Assembly (NCBI GenBank): GCA_005223125.1
Contig: NJBH01000012.1
Span: forward strand, 32,001-96,000
Origin: Promethearchaeota archaeon Loki_b32
GTDB lineage: Archaea > Asgardarchaeota > Lokiarchaeia > Sigyniarchaeales > SOKP01
Length of the DNA stretch: 64,000 bases
Reading direction: 5' to 3'
A program made the translations under genes and the position numbers. The notes below the pieces were generated by a model. The model was not told the DNA's origin and did no database searches. It saw nothing but the letters and a program-made list of their open reading frames with translations. Within the stretch, counting starts at the first letter, position 1. The number at the start of each line of letters is the position of its first letter. This document shows positions 50,001-59,082 of the stretch, piece by piece.

Positions 50001-51227
50001 ATGCTTAGAAAGAAAATAGAAGCATCAAAAGAATTAAACAAATTAATGTCTGATTATTATCATGAGTTAGATCATGCCTCCAAAGTAAGTGATAAAAAGG
50101 TTGCGTGGTGTTCTAGTGTTGGTCCTGCGGAAATCTTAAGAAGCTTAGATTTTGAGGTTTATTTCCCAGAAAATCATAGTGCTATGTTAGGATCTTCTAG
50201 AATGGCCACAGAATTAATTCCTTATGCTAATGCGATAGGATATTCCCCTGAGATTTGCTCTTACCTTACTGCTGACATTGGTGCGTATTTAAAACAAGTA
50301 ACTCCATTATCAAAAGCTTTTACTGATATCACAAGTGTCCCAAAACCTGATGTGTTGGTATTTAATACAAATCAATGTAGAGAGGTTCAAGATTGGTTTG
50401 ATTGGTATGCTAATGAATTTAAAGTTCCATTAATGGGTATATCTACACCCAGAACTGTGAGTGAAGTTACAAATGCACATATTATATTTATAGCACAACA
50501 GATGGAAGAGCTTATTGAACAATTAGAACAAATTTCAATTACAAAATTTGATCTTAATAAACTGAAAGAGATTGTATCACTCTCACGTGAATGCTCTGAA
50601 CTTTGGAAAAAAGTGTTAGAAACAGCAGCTACTATACCTTCACCTTTTACCTTCTTTGATGGAACTATTCATATGGGACCTGCTGTAGTTATGAGAGGGA
50701 CTCAACAAGCTGTAGATTATTATAAGATTCTATTAGCAGAATTACAAGACAGAGTAAAAAATCACATTGGAGCAGTAGATAGTGAGCGTTTTAGACTTTA
50801 TTGGGAAGGAATGCCTATTTGGGGAAGACTGAGACACTATTCTGAATTATTTGCAAGCCTTAAAGCATGTGTTGTTGCATCAACTTATTGTAATAGTTGG
50901 ATTTTTTCTGCTTTTGATGAAAAAGATCCTTTTAGAAGTATGGCAAAAGCATATACTGAACTGTTCATCGTACGTTCTGATGAATATAAAGAAGAATATC
51001 TAAAAGAAATGGTAGACTTCTTTAAAATTGATGGTGTTATTTTCCACGATGCAAAGACATGCCCACACAATACTAACTCCCGGTATGGTATGCCCCAAAG
51101 ACTCGAAAAAGAAATGAAAGTGCCGAATTTAGTAATAAATGGAGATTTAAACGATTTAAGATGCCTTTCAGATGATCAATCGAGAACTAGTATCGAAGCC
51201 TTTATTGAACAACTGGAAGAAAGTTAA
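50001..51227 (+). CDS. 2-hydroxyacyl-CoA dehydratase subunit (HgdAB/FldBC/BcrBC family)
   Basis: YFPEN, EICSY, NQC, IDGVIFHDAKTC, GDLND, IEAFIEQL. Confidence 0.85.
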   Translation: MLRKKIEASKELNKLMSDYYHELDHASKVSDKKVAWCSSVGPAEILRSLDFEVYFPENHSAMLGSSRMATELIPYANAIGYSPEICSYLTADIGAYLKQVTPLSKAFTDITSVPKPDVLVFNTNQCREVQDWFDWYANEFKVPLMGISTPRTVSEVTNAHIIFIAQQMEELIEQLEQISITKFDLNKLKEIVSLSRECSELWKKVLETAATIPSPFTFFDGTIHMGPAVVMRGTQQAVDYYKILLAELQDRVKNHIGAVDSERFRLYWEGMPIWGRLRHYSELFASLKACVVASTYCNSWIFSAFDEKDPFRSMAKAYTELFIVRSDEYKEEYLKEMVDFFKIDGVIFHDAKTCPHNTNSRYGMPQRLEKEMKVPNLVINGDLNDLRCLSDDQSRTSIEAFIEQLEES

Positions 51228-51308
51228 AAGAAATTCAGTTTGAGAAAAAAATAAAACATTTTTAAATAATCATTAATAAGAAAATTTGAAAGAAAGAGCA
51301 AGAAAAAA

Positions 51309-51779
51309 ATGGTAGATAAGATTAAAGCTATTGAAATAAAGAATTATATTGGGAAAGAATTTAGCACAAAATGGTATCAAGTTACCCAAGAAGCTATCAA
51401 TAAATTTGCAGATCTTACACAAGACCACCAATTTATTCATATCAACCCTGAAAGAGCAAAAAGATCACTTTATGGAGAAACAGTCGCTCATGGTTTTTTT
51501 GTTTTATCTATGCTAGGTTTCTTTACTTTACAAGATGGAGAGAAAGACTCCATGCAATTTTATGTAACAGATGCCAAATCAATCGTTAATTATGGATTTG
51601 ATAAAATAAGGTTTATCTCTGCTGTTCCAGTTGGTTCTTATATTCGAGATGTTACTCACATTTCAAAAGTCGAATTAGTCAAAAAAGGAATGAAATTTAC
51701 TTCACACCATATAATTGAAATTAAAGGTCAAGACAAGCCTGCTGTTGTCGCAGATTGGATTAACCTGCTCGTCCTATAA
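51309..51779 (+). CDS. MaoC-family (NodN-like) dehydratase
   Basis: FADLTQDHQFIHINPERA, VAHGF, NYGFDKIRF. Confidence 0.9.
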   Translation: MVDKIKAIEIKNYIGKEFSTKWYQVTQEAINKFADLTQDHQFIHINPERAKRSLYGETVAHGFFVLSMLGFFTLQDGEKDSMQFYVTDAKSIVNYGFDKIRFISAVPVGSYIRDVTHISKVELVKKGMKFTSHHIIEIKGQDKPAVVADWINLLVL

Positions 51780-51945
51780 CTCATTATTGCAGACTTGATA
51801 ATCCTTCTTTTGTTAAAGGGTTATCTCCAATAATTTCTTACATTCTCGGCAATACATCGAAATTTATATTTTATGGAGATCATATTTATAATTTCATTTA
51901 TTTAGTTTATTTTATACTATGATGATTTATTTTTGGTGATGATAC

Positions 51946-52773
51946 TTGATTATTGATGGTCATGTTCATATCTGTGGTCCTCCATTAAATCAGGAATATA
52001 TAAAAACTCCTTTAGCAAACGGATCATTAATTACTTTACCATTTAAAAGAGCTGATTGCTCTGTAGATCGCCTTCTACAGGCCATGGATACTCACAATAT
52101 TGATATGGCTCTTGTTAATGCATTCCCTGGAGCGGTAACTAACGAGCAACTGTCACAAATAATAAAGGAACACAAGGAAAGGTTAAAAGGTTTCGCTTGG
52201 ATAGATAATCCCTTAAATGAAAGTAATTCTGCGAGGGAGTTAGAGAAAGCATTTACTAAATTAGATCTTAGAGGTCTTAAACTTAACCCTGGGACACAGC
52301 AATTTAGTCCCGCTGATCCTAAGGTTTATCCACTCATTAAAAAAGCTACTGAGCTAAAGATCCCAATCTTTATTCACATGTATCCATGGCCTCTCGACGC
52401 CTTTGAATATACCAAGCCTGAGCATATATATACATTGAAAAAGCATGTACCTGATGCAATAATCTTAATTGGTCATACGGCATATCAACATTTTATGGAT
52501 CTATTACCTCTTATGTCTTATCCTGGAATATATGTTGAGACTTCATTTGGGCTTGAGATGATAGCAGATTTATATGGTGTCAAATTTGCAGAAAGATTTA
52601 TCCGTAGAATTGGCATTGATAAGGTTGTCTATGGTTCAGACTGGATGGGCACTCAAGATGGGAAAGAAAGAATTGTAGATAATAACTTTAGTATATTTGA
52701 TAAAATGAATCTTACAAAAGAAGAGAAAGCTAAAATCCTAGGAGAAAATATTAGAAACGTTATGGAATTATAA
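51946..52773 (+). CDS. Amidohydrolase_2 family protein
   Basis: IIDGHVH, GLKLNP, IFIH, IGH, YGSDW, ILGEN. Confidence 0.85.
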   Translation: MIIDGHVHICGPPLNQEYIKTPLANGSLITLPFKRADCSVDRLLQAMDTHNIDMALVNAFPGAVTNEQLSQIIKEHKERLKGFAWIDNPLNESNSARELEKAFTKLDLRGLKLNPGTQQFSPADPKVYPLIKKATELKIPIFIHMYPWPLDAFEYTKPEHIYTLKKHVPDAIILIGHTAYQHFMDLLPLMSYPGIYVETSFGLEMIADLYGVKFAERFIRRIGIDKVVYGSDWMGTQDGKERIVDNNFSIFDKMNLTKEEKAKILGENIRNVMEL

Positions 52774-52801
52774 CATAACTTAACTAATAGTTTTAAATTA
52801 A

Positions 52802-53158
52802 TCAGTTCGAAATTATTTCGTGCAATATATTTTCAATTTTTAATTTTTCCAATGAGTCTGGACTTAGAATATAAGCTTTTTCTTTATTTTTTTCTTCAAC
52901 TACTATCATTCCAGATGATTTTATTCTATTTTTAATATGATTTTTCTTATCTTTTATAGCTACATTCAATATCGAGGTCAACTGATTGTATTGTTTTTCA
53001 CTAATTTCCTTTTTAGTATAATTTCCCCCATTGTAAACTCCACTTGAGCTAAATAAGGGTTTCACGGGTATAAATTCAATGAATCTATCTCTTATAATAT
53101 ATTGATTACCATTTCCATCGAGATAATTATAAATTTTCTGAGAAGAACTTAGAACCAT
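52802..53158 (-). CDS. Hypothetical protein co-transcribed with SAMP/MoaD
   Basis: ATG at 53158, 4 nt after the SAMP stop; YLDGNGNQY...SSSGVYNGG. Confidence 0.6.
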   Translation of the reverse strand: MVLSSSQKIYNYLDGNGNQYIIRDRFIEFIPVKPLFSSSGVYNGGNYTKKEISEKQYNQLTSILNVAIKDKKNHIKNRIKSSGMIVVEEKNKEKAYILSPDSLEKLKIENILHEIISN

Positions 53159-53162
53159 CTTA

Positions 53163-53444
53163 TTATCCTCCAACAAGAGGAGGAGAGATAACAATTTCGT
53201 CCCCATCTTTTAATTTCGTGTCTAATTCTTCTAAGAACATATAATTTCTTCCATTCACTAGGATTACAACATGAGTCTCTAAATTTCCTTGTGATTTAAC
53301 AAAGTTTTTCCTAATTTTCTTTCCATAGGTACTCATGAATTGATCGATGACCTCTCCTAATGTTTCAACATCAGTATAATTGATATGTGTTAATCCAACA
53401 TCAGTTGAAAATATAGTCATTAATTTTAGAACCACATTTGCCAT
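53163..53444 (-). CDS. MoaD/ThiS/SAMP ubiquitin-like sulfur carrier
   Basis: VILVNGRN...LKDGDEIVISPPLVGG C-terminal diglycine. Confidence 0.9.
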   Translation of the reverse strand: MANVVLKLMTIFSTDVGLTHINYTDVETLGEVIDQFMSTYGKKIRKNFVKSQGNLETHVVILVNGRNYMFLEELDTKLKDGDEIVISPPLVGG

Positions 53445-53614
53445 TAAATCTTTAATATTCTAATGGTGTTAAAAATTTTATCCAATAGAATTATTAAGTT
53501 TAATCATAAGGTTAAAAATTATTTTTAATCTTTCCTAATCTAGAAGAAAAGTATTTTTTACTTTACTAGATAAGTTAAATACACTATTACAAAATACTCA
53601 TCGTAAGTGAAATT

Positions 53615-55165
53615 ATGAATCCCAAAGATGAAATCATCGAACAATTAAAACAGATGATCAATGAAAATCAAGTTCTAACAGATTTAGTAGACCTGTATGT
53701 ATATTCTTTTGAGAAAATATTTCTAAACCAACTTTACCCAAAACCTGATGTTGTGGTTAGAACTTCTTCTATAAAAGAAGAGACAGACGTTTTAAAATTA
53801 GGTGAGAGGGAGAATGTTGTAGTAATTAAAAGAGGCCATGAGATTTTATCTCGTGATATCAATTCCTCTGATATGATTATCTTATTAGATAATGTGGAGA
53901 TTCCATCTCTTGAAAGTTGTACTGAGGAAATAGGAGGAAAAAAAGGCCTTATTAAAGATTTTCATGAATTAATAAGAAGTGGACATGGAACCTATAGGAA
54001 TTTTGCGTTAGCTGTTCAAAACTTACTATTTGGAAAAACACTAAGCAAATGTCAAAATTGTATCACTTGTACAGGGTATTGTACAGTATCTCCTTCTTTT
54101 AATGGGATAGAAACTTGGTCATCAAAAGGAAGAATGCTTATAGCTAAGGGAATAATGAAAGGAGAACTAGCGTTCTCAGAAAAAATTATTGATACGTTAT
54201 ATACTTGTACAAAATGTGGACTTTGTTATGCTCAATGTTTCCAGGATTTGGAGTTTCATGAAGCAATACTTTATTTAAGACATATTATAGCTGAAAAGAA
54301 TTTAACTCCACAGATTTTTCGTACAACAGCTAATAACATTTTTGAACATGGAGATCCTGCCGCAATACCAGTTAATCGGCGTTTATCACGATTAAAAAAT
54401 ATTACTAATTTGAATTTACCACAAAAAGCGAATATTCTTTGTTGGTTAGGGTGTACAGTAGCAACACGAACTCCAAAAACCGCCGAGGCTTTTATAAATA
54501 TATTAAACCGGGGTAATAATGAATTTACGATGTTAGGGAAAAATGAAGGGTGTTGTGGCTATGTATTAATAACATCTGGATTATGGGAAGAAGCCAAAAA
54601 AGTTGCAATAGAAACAATTGAAAGGATTGAAAAGACCGAAGCGGAAATTTTAGTGACTCCTTGTTCTGGCTGCTACTACACTTTTACACGGCTTTATCCT
54701 GAAATTCTTGATGTCAATTTACCATGTAAAATCCTCCATAGTTCTCAATTTCTTGAAAAAAAGATAAAAAATGAAAAAATTAAACTTAAACCTATGGAAT
54801 TAAATGTTTCTTATCATGATCCTTGCTCCCTCGGAAGACATAGTAAGGTTTATGACCCACCACGTAATGTATTGAAGGCAATACCTAATCTTAATCTTAT
54901 TGAGATGCCATTGAATAGAGAGTGTGCACGATGTTGTGGAGGTGGAGGTGGACTTTGGACATTTAATAATCAAGTAAGTTTAGAAACGACTCAAACAAGG
55001 TTAAAAGAAGACTTAATCCCTACAAATGTTAATATTTTAACAACAGCTTGCCCACAATGCCAGCTAAATTTCCGTTTTGCAGCTCGCACGAAAAATCTTG
55101 CGTCTAATTCATTTAAGATCTATGACATAACAGAAATATTTGAAAAAGCTATGCAATTTGAATAA
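53615..55165 (+). CDS. GlcF/HdrD-like Fe-S oxidoreductase with vestigial GlcD-type N-terminus
   Basis: N-terminal DLYVYS...PDVVV..RG; CITCTGYC, CTKCGLCYAQC, CCG, TPCSGC, HDPC, CCGGGGG, TACPQC. Confidence 0.8.
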   Translation: MNPKDEIIEQLKQMINENQVLTDLVDLYVYSFEKIFLNQLYPKPDVVVRTSSIKEETDVLKLGERENVVVIKRGHEILSRDINSSDMIILLDNVEIPSLESCTEEIGGKKGLIKDFHELIRSGHGTYRNFALAVQNLLFGKTLSKCQNCITCTGYCTVSPSFNGIETWSSKGRMLIAKGIMKGELAFSEKIIDTLYTCTKCGLCYAQCFQDLEFHEAILYLRHIIAEKNLTPQIFRTTANNIFEHGDPAAIPVNRRLSRLKNITNLNLPQKANILCWLGCTVATRTPKTAEAFINILNRGNNEFTMLGKNEGCCGYVLITSGLWEEAKKVAIETIERIEKTEAEILVTPCSGCYYTFTRLYPEILDVNLPCKILHSSQFLEKKIKNEKIKLKPMELNVSYHDPCSLGRHSKVYDPPRNVLKAIPNLNLIEMPLNRECARCCGGGGGLWTFNNQVSLETTQTRLKEDLIPTNVNILTTACPQCQLNFRFAARTKNLASNSFKIYDITEIFEKAMQFE

Positions 55166-55172
55166 ACTCCTA

Positions 55173-55328
55173 TTATTTTGCCAAACCCCTAACTTTTGGT
55201 TGGCCTGGCCATGGCCATGAGATTCTATATTTAATATTACAGTGAGGACAAGTAGCCTCTTTGACATTTGGTTGAACAGGAAAACGTTCAAGACAATTCA
55301 AACACCTACATTTAGTTTCTTCACTCAT
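55173..55328 (-). CDS. Small zinc-finger protein (51 aa), absent from ORF track
   Basis: Translates MSEETKCRCLNCLERFPVQPNVKEATCPHCNIKYRISWPWPGQPKVRGLAK; GAGGAG RBS upstream; two CxxC knuckles. Confidence 0.75.
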   Translation of the reverse strand: MSEETKCRCLNCLERFPVQPNVKEATCPHCNIKYRISWPWPGQPKVRGLAK

Positions 55329-55664
55329 ACATAGGTCTCCTCTTACTTTAAAATACCAAATAATATTAATGGTTTAGAAGGATTCAATAATAGGTATGAA
55401 ATAATTTTAATTGTTAATTTATTGTTAAAAGCGGTCTATTATATTATTCTAAAGTAATTTACTACTTATTAGTTTACGTTGAAATATTTAAATCTAATGG
55501 ATAATTTAAATAAAAAGTAAAACTTTTTAATTTTTCAACTGAATACTAGTATTAAAATTGCTTCTGAGTTCAATTCTGTTGCTTAAGTGGGCACATATTC
55601 CCATCGCACTAAAACGCCTAGTGATTCGTAATGAAATAAAATCAAGAGTTAGAGGTGGAATATT

Positions 55665-57554
55665 ATAGTTTGGAATAAAAAAATAGCTTATATTGATTTA
55701 AGTACTGGAGAAATAACAAAAAAACAGATTCCAAAATCAATTCGACAACAATTTTTAGGTGGTAGAGGTATAAATATGTATCTTCTATACAATCACCTCG
55801 TACCTGGAATTGATCCTTTAAGCCTTGAAAACGTGTTGCTTGTAGGTGCGGGATTACTTACAGGAATTCCCGCACTTGGAAGTGGAAGATGTGATATAGC
55901 AGCAAAATCACCTATCACTGGTGCAATTGGCGACTCAAATATCGGAGGTTTTTTTGCACCGGAAATGAGAATGGCTGGATTTGATCATCTTGTAATAACA
56001 GGAAAAGCAGAGAAACCTAGTTATCTTTGGATACATGATGGTGAAATAGAAATATTAGATGCTAGCCATCTTTGGGGAAAAGACACGTTTGAAACACAAA
56101 CCTTAATCCGTTCGGATCATGGAGATGAAGAAATAAAATCTTTAGTTATCGGCCAAGCAGGTGAAAATCTTGTTCGTTTTGCTAATGTTAGAACTGGCAT
56201 GAAAAATTCTGCAGGACGTACCGGTATGGGATGTGTTATGGGTTCAAAGAATCTAAAGGCTATAGCTGCTCGTGGAACATTGGATGTTGAATTTACCCAT
56301 CCAGATCAATTGCTAACTTACTGTAAAGAAATGATCGATATGGTTATGAAAAATCGGTATTCAAGAGCAGCATCAAAGTGGGGTACTTTGATTATATATA
56401 GCACTACAAATACCACAGGATTAATTCGAACAAGAAACTTTCAATTAAACCAGCTAGAGCAGGGATGGGATATTGAACCTGAAGAAATGGATAAGTATAC
56501 AATTGGTATGTCGGGTTGTTATGGATGCCCTGTCAGCTGTCGACATCGGTATACATTGAAAGAGGGATCTTTTGCCCCTATTTTTGCTGAAGGTCCGGAA
56601 TACACTTCGCTTGGTGCGTTTGGTACTATGGTAGATTGTAAGAAAATGGAAACAATTTTAGTAGCAAATCATCTCGTTAATAAGTATGGTATAGATACGT
56701 TAGAAACTGGAGGACTTATAGCTTGGGCAATGGAACTCTATGAAAAGGGTATAATTACCGAAAAAATGACAGATGGACTACGACTCGAATGGGGTAATGA
56801 AGAAGTTGTGTTTGAACTTATTAGAAAAATTTCTCAAAGGGAAGGATTTGGGAGCGTACTTGCTGATGGATTTAAAAATGCAATAGCAAAGATAGGAAAT
56901 GAATCTGAATATTATGCTATTAAAGTAAAGGGAATGAGCAATTTACATTCAGATGAACGTCCAACTCCAAGTTTAGCTTTAGGTATCGCCACATCGACAA
57001 GAGGAGCTGATCATTTAAGAAGTCGACCAGCTATCGATCTTTATGGCTTACCAGAAGATTTCTTAGAAGAAATATATGGTGGTTCTATGTCATCAGATTA
57101 TAGATCTTATAAAGGGAAAAGTCGCATGGTTTGGTGGCAAGAGCTTTTATACGCAGTTACAGATTCATTGGGGACATGTAAATTTCAGACGGTTTTTTTG
57201 GCAGTTCATGCTCCAAAATGGGAGGAATATTCAAAACTAATCTATTTAGTTTCTGGAATGCAATATTCGATCCCCCAACTTATGGATATAGGAGAGAGAA
57301 TTTACACTATTGAAAGAATGTTTAATATTAGAGAGGGATTTTCAAGAAAGGATGATGCTCTACCCGAACGCTACTTTGAGGAAGCTACACCTATAGGACT
57401 TCCAAGAGTAAAAGGTCTAAAAATTGATAGAGAAAAATTTGAAAAAATGCTTGATGAGTATTATACCCTTCATGGGTGGGATAATAATGGGGTTCCTACA
57501 AATAAAATCCTTCAAAAACTTGGAATTGAACGAGAACCATCTCAAATTATTTAA
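55665..57554 (+). CDS. aor: Tungsten aldehyde:ferredoxin oxidoreductase family protein
   Basis: IAYIDLSTG...FLGGRG N-terminus upstream of the tracked ATG; KSPITG, GRTGMGCVMGSKNLKA, CYGCPVSC, GPEY, RGADH, DSLGTC; start inferred at ATA 55665 after GAGGTG. Confidence 0.9.
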   Translation: MVWNKKIAYIDLSTGEITKKQIPKSIRQQFLGGRGINMYLLYNHLVPGIDPLSLENVLLVGAGLLTGIPALGSGRCDIAAKSPITGAIGDSNIGGFFAPEMRMAGFDHLVITGKAEKPSYLWIHDGEIEILDASHLWGKDTFETQTLIRSDHGDEEIKSLVIGQAGENLVRFANVRTGMKNSAGRTGMGCVMGSKNLKAIAARGTLDVEFTHPDQLLTYCKEMIDMVMKNRYSRAASKWGTLIIYSTTNTTGLIRTRNFQLNQLEQGWDIEPEEMDKYTIGMSGCYGCPVSCRHRYTLKEGSFAPIFAEGPEYTSLGAFGTMVDCKKMETILVANHLVNKYGIDTLETGGLIAWAMELYEKGIITEKMTDGLRLEWGNEEVVFELIRKISQREGFGSVLADGFKNAIAKIGNESEYYAIKVKGMSNLHSDERPTPSLALGIATSTRGADHLRSRPAIDLYGLPEDFLEEIYGGSMSSDYRSYKGKSRMVWWQELLYAVTDSLGTCKFQTVFLAVHAPKWEEYSKLIYLVSGMQYSIPQLMDIGERIYTIERMFNIREGFSRKDDALPERYFEEATPIGLPRVKGLKIDREKFEKMLDEYYTLHGWDNNGVPTNKILQKLGIEREPSQII

Positions 57555-57569
57555 AACGAGGTAAATAAA

Positions 57570-58058
57570 ATGCAAAAAATATTATTTGTCGATCCAGAAA
57601 AATGTACTGGATGTAGACTCTGTGAGATTGCATGTTCTCTTCATCATGAAAAGGTTAGTAATCCCTCTCGAGCAAGAATTCAAATTGTAAAATGGGAAAA
57701 TGCTGGCTTATTTATACCCATGATTTGTCAACAATGCGAAACGCCTATTTGCGAAATTGTTTGTCCAATGGGTGCAATAAGTAGAGATGAAAAGACCGGT
57801 GCTATGCTTATCAATAAAGAATTATGTGTTGGATGTAAACTATGTGTAATGTTCTGTCCACTTGGGGGAGTAGGAATTGATAAGAATAGAAAAATTTTAA
57901 AGTGCGACCTTTGTGATGGCGATCCTTTATGTGTGAAATATTGTATTCCTGGTGCTCTTCAATTTATGGATGCAAATGTTATTAATATAAAAAAAAGAAG
58001 AATAGCAGCAGAAAAATTATCAGAATTGATGAAAAAATTGTTAGAAGTATCTTTATAA
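57570..58058 (+). CDS. 4x[4Fe-4S] ferredoxin-like subunit (AorA-type)
   Basis: CTGCRLCEIACS, CQQCETPICEIVCP, CVGCKLCVMFCP, KCDLCDGDPLCVKYC. Confidence 0.9.
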   Translation: MQKILFVDPEKCTGCRLCEIACSLHHEKVSNPSRARIQIVKWENAGLFIPMICQQCETPICEIVCPMGAISRDEKTGAMLINKELCVGCKLCVMFCPLGGVGIDKNRKILKCDLCDGDPLCVKYCIPGALQFMDANVINIKKRRIAAEKLSELMKKLLEVSL

Positions 58059-58090
58059 AAAAATATATGATTTATTTAAGAGGGTTAAAC

Positions 58091-59038
58091 ATGGTAGAGA
58101 AAATAAATTTTGGTATTATTGGTGTCGGACCAACTGGAGGAATTATGGCTGCTTATCTTGCTAAAGAAGGTTATAACGTAGTTTTGGTCGACATAAATAG
58201 AAATCATATGGATGCTATAAAAAAGAAGGGACTTACGATAACGAATCTTAAAAAATTTAAGACAAAATTTCCAAAAAAGAATATTTGTTATTCTATAGAT
58301 GAGCTTCAAAATAAGAAAGTTGATACTTTATTTATTGCTGTAAAAGCATCCCATCTTAAGGAAATTTTACCACAAATAAAAAAAGTTGTAGAACCTGGAA
58401 CTACTTTAATTAGCTTACAAAATGGTTTTGATACAGAGGAACTTATTGCAGAATATGTGGGAGAAGAGAACTCTTTACGTGTAGTTGTTAACTATGCCGG
58501 AAATGTATTGGAGGATGGAATCATAAGAATGTCATTTTTTAATCCTCCGAATTATTTGGGTGTTTTAACGACTAACGCTGAAGAAAAAGCCAAAAATTTA
58601 GCAGAAATTATCAATAAAACCGGTTTAGAAACTATTTTTACTCCAGATATTAAAAAATATGAATGGACTAAATGCATACTTAACTCAATAAGCCCCGTTT
58701 GTGTAACGACTCGAACAACAATGAAACAAACCTTGAGTATGGAAGGAACAAGAAAAATTTGTAGAGAAATACTACGTGAAGGAATAGAAGTTGCACGAGT
58801 ACGTGGTATTAACCTCGAACCAGATTTTTTAGAGAAGAGTATGGACTATCTGGATAAGGCAGGACACCATAGAGTTTCAATGGAAGCCGATATAGAGGCA
58901 GGTATTCCTTCAGAAATTGGATTTCTCAATGGTAAAATAGTAGAATATGGAAAAATTGAAGGGATTGAAACACCTTATAATAAAATATTTGTCTCTTTAA
59001 TTAAAGGATGCGAATTACCTCCTATAAATCGTGATTAA
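58091..59038 (+). CDS. panE: Ketopantoate reductase family (PanE/ApbA)
   Basis: GVGPTGG, AVKA, LQNG, EWTKCILN, SMEADI, EIGFLNG, TPYN. Confidence 0.85.
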   Translation: MVEKINFGIIGVGPTGGIMAAYLAKEGYNVVLVDINRNHMDAIKKKGLTITNLKKFKTKFPKKNICYSIDELQNKKVDTLFIAVKASHLKEILPQIKKVVEPGTTLISLQNGFDTEELIAEYVGEENSLRVVVNYAGNVLEDGIIRMSFFNPPNYLGVLTTNAEEKAKNLAEIINKTGLETIFTPDIKKYEWTKCILNSISPVCVTTRTTMKQTLSMEGTRKICREILREGIEVARVRGINLEPDFLEKSMDYLDKAGHHRVSMEADIEAGIPSEIGFLNGKIVEYGKIEGIETPYNKIFVSLIKGCELPPINRD

Positions 59039-59082
59039 ATCATAATTTACTTACAGTGAAATTATAGGGATGAAAGTTAAGA

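Noticed and set aside
53159-53206. Apparent signal peptide MGTKLLSLLLLL of ORF 52802..53206
   Set aside because: It is an alternate-frame reading of the SAMP C-terminus; a better start with RBS exists at 53158.
55665-57554. AOR-family gene as BamB (class II benzoyl-CoA reductase)
   Set aside because: It has AOR-type GPEY and RGADH motifs rather than the BamB Cys-ligand region, and no BamC-I/HdrA modules are present. The class I reductase is already encoded in the window.
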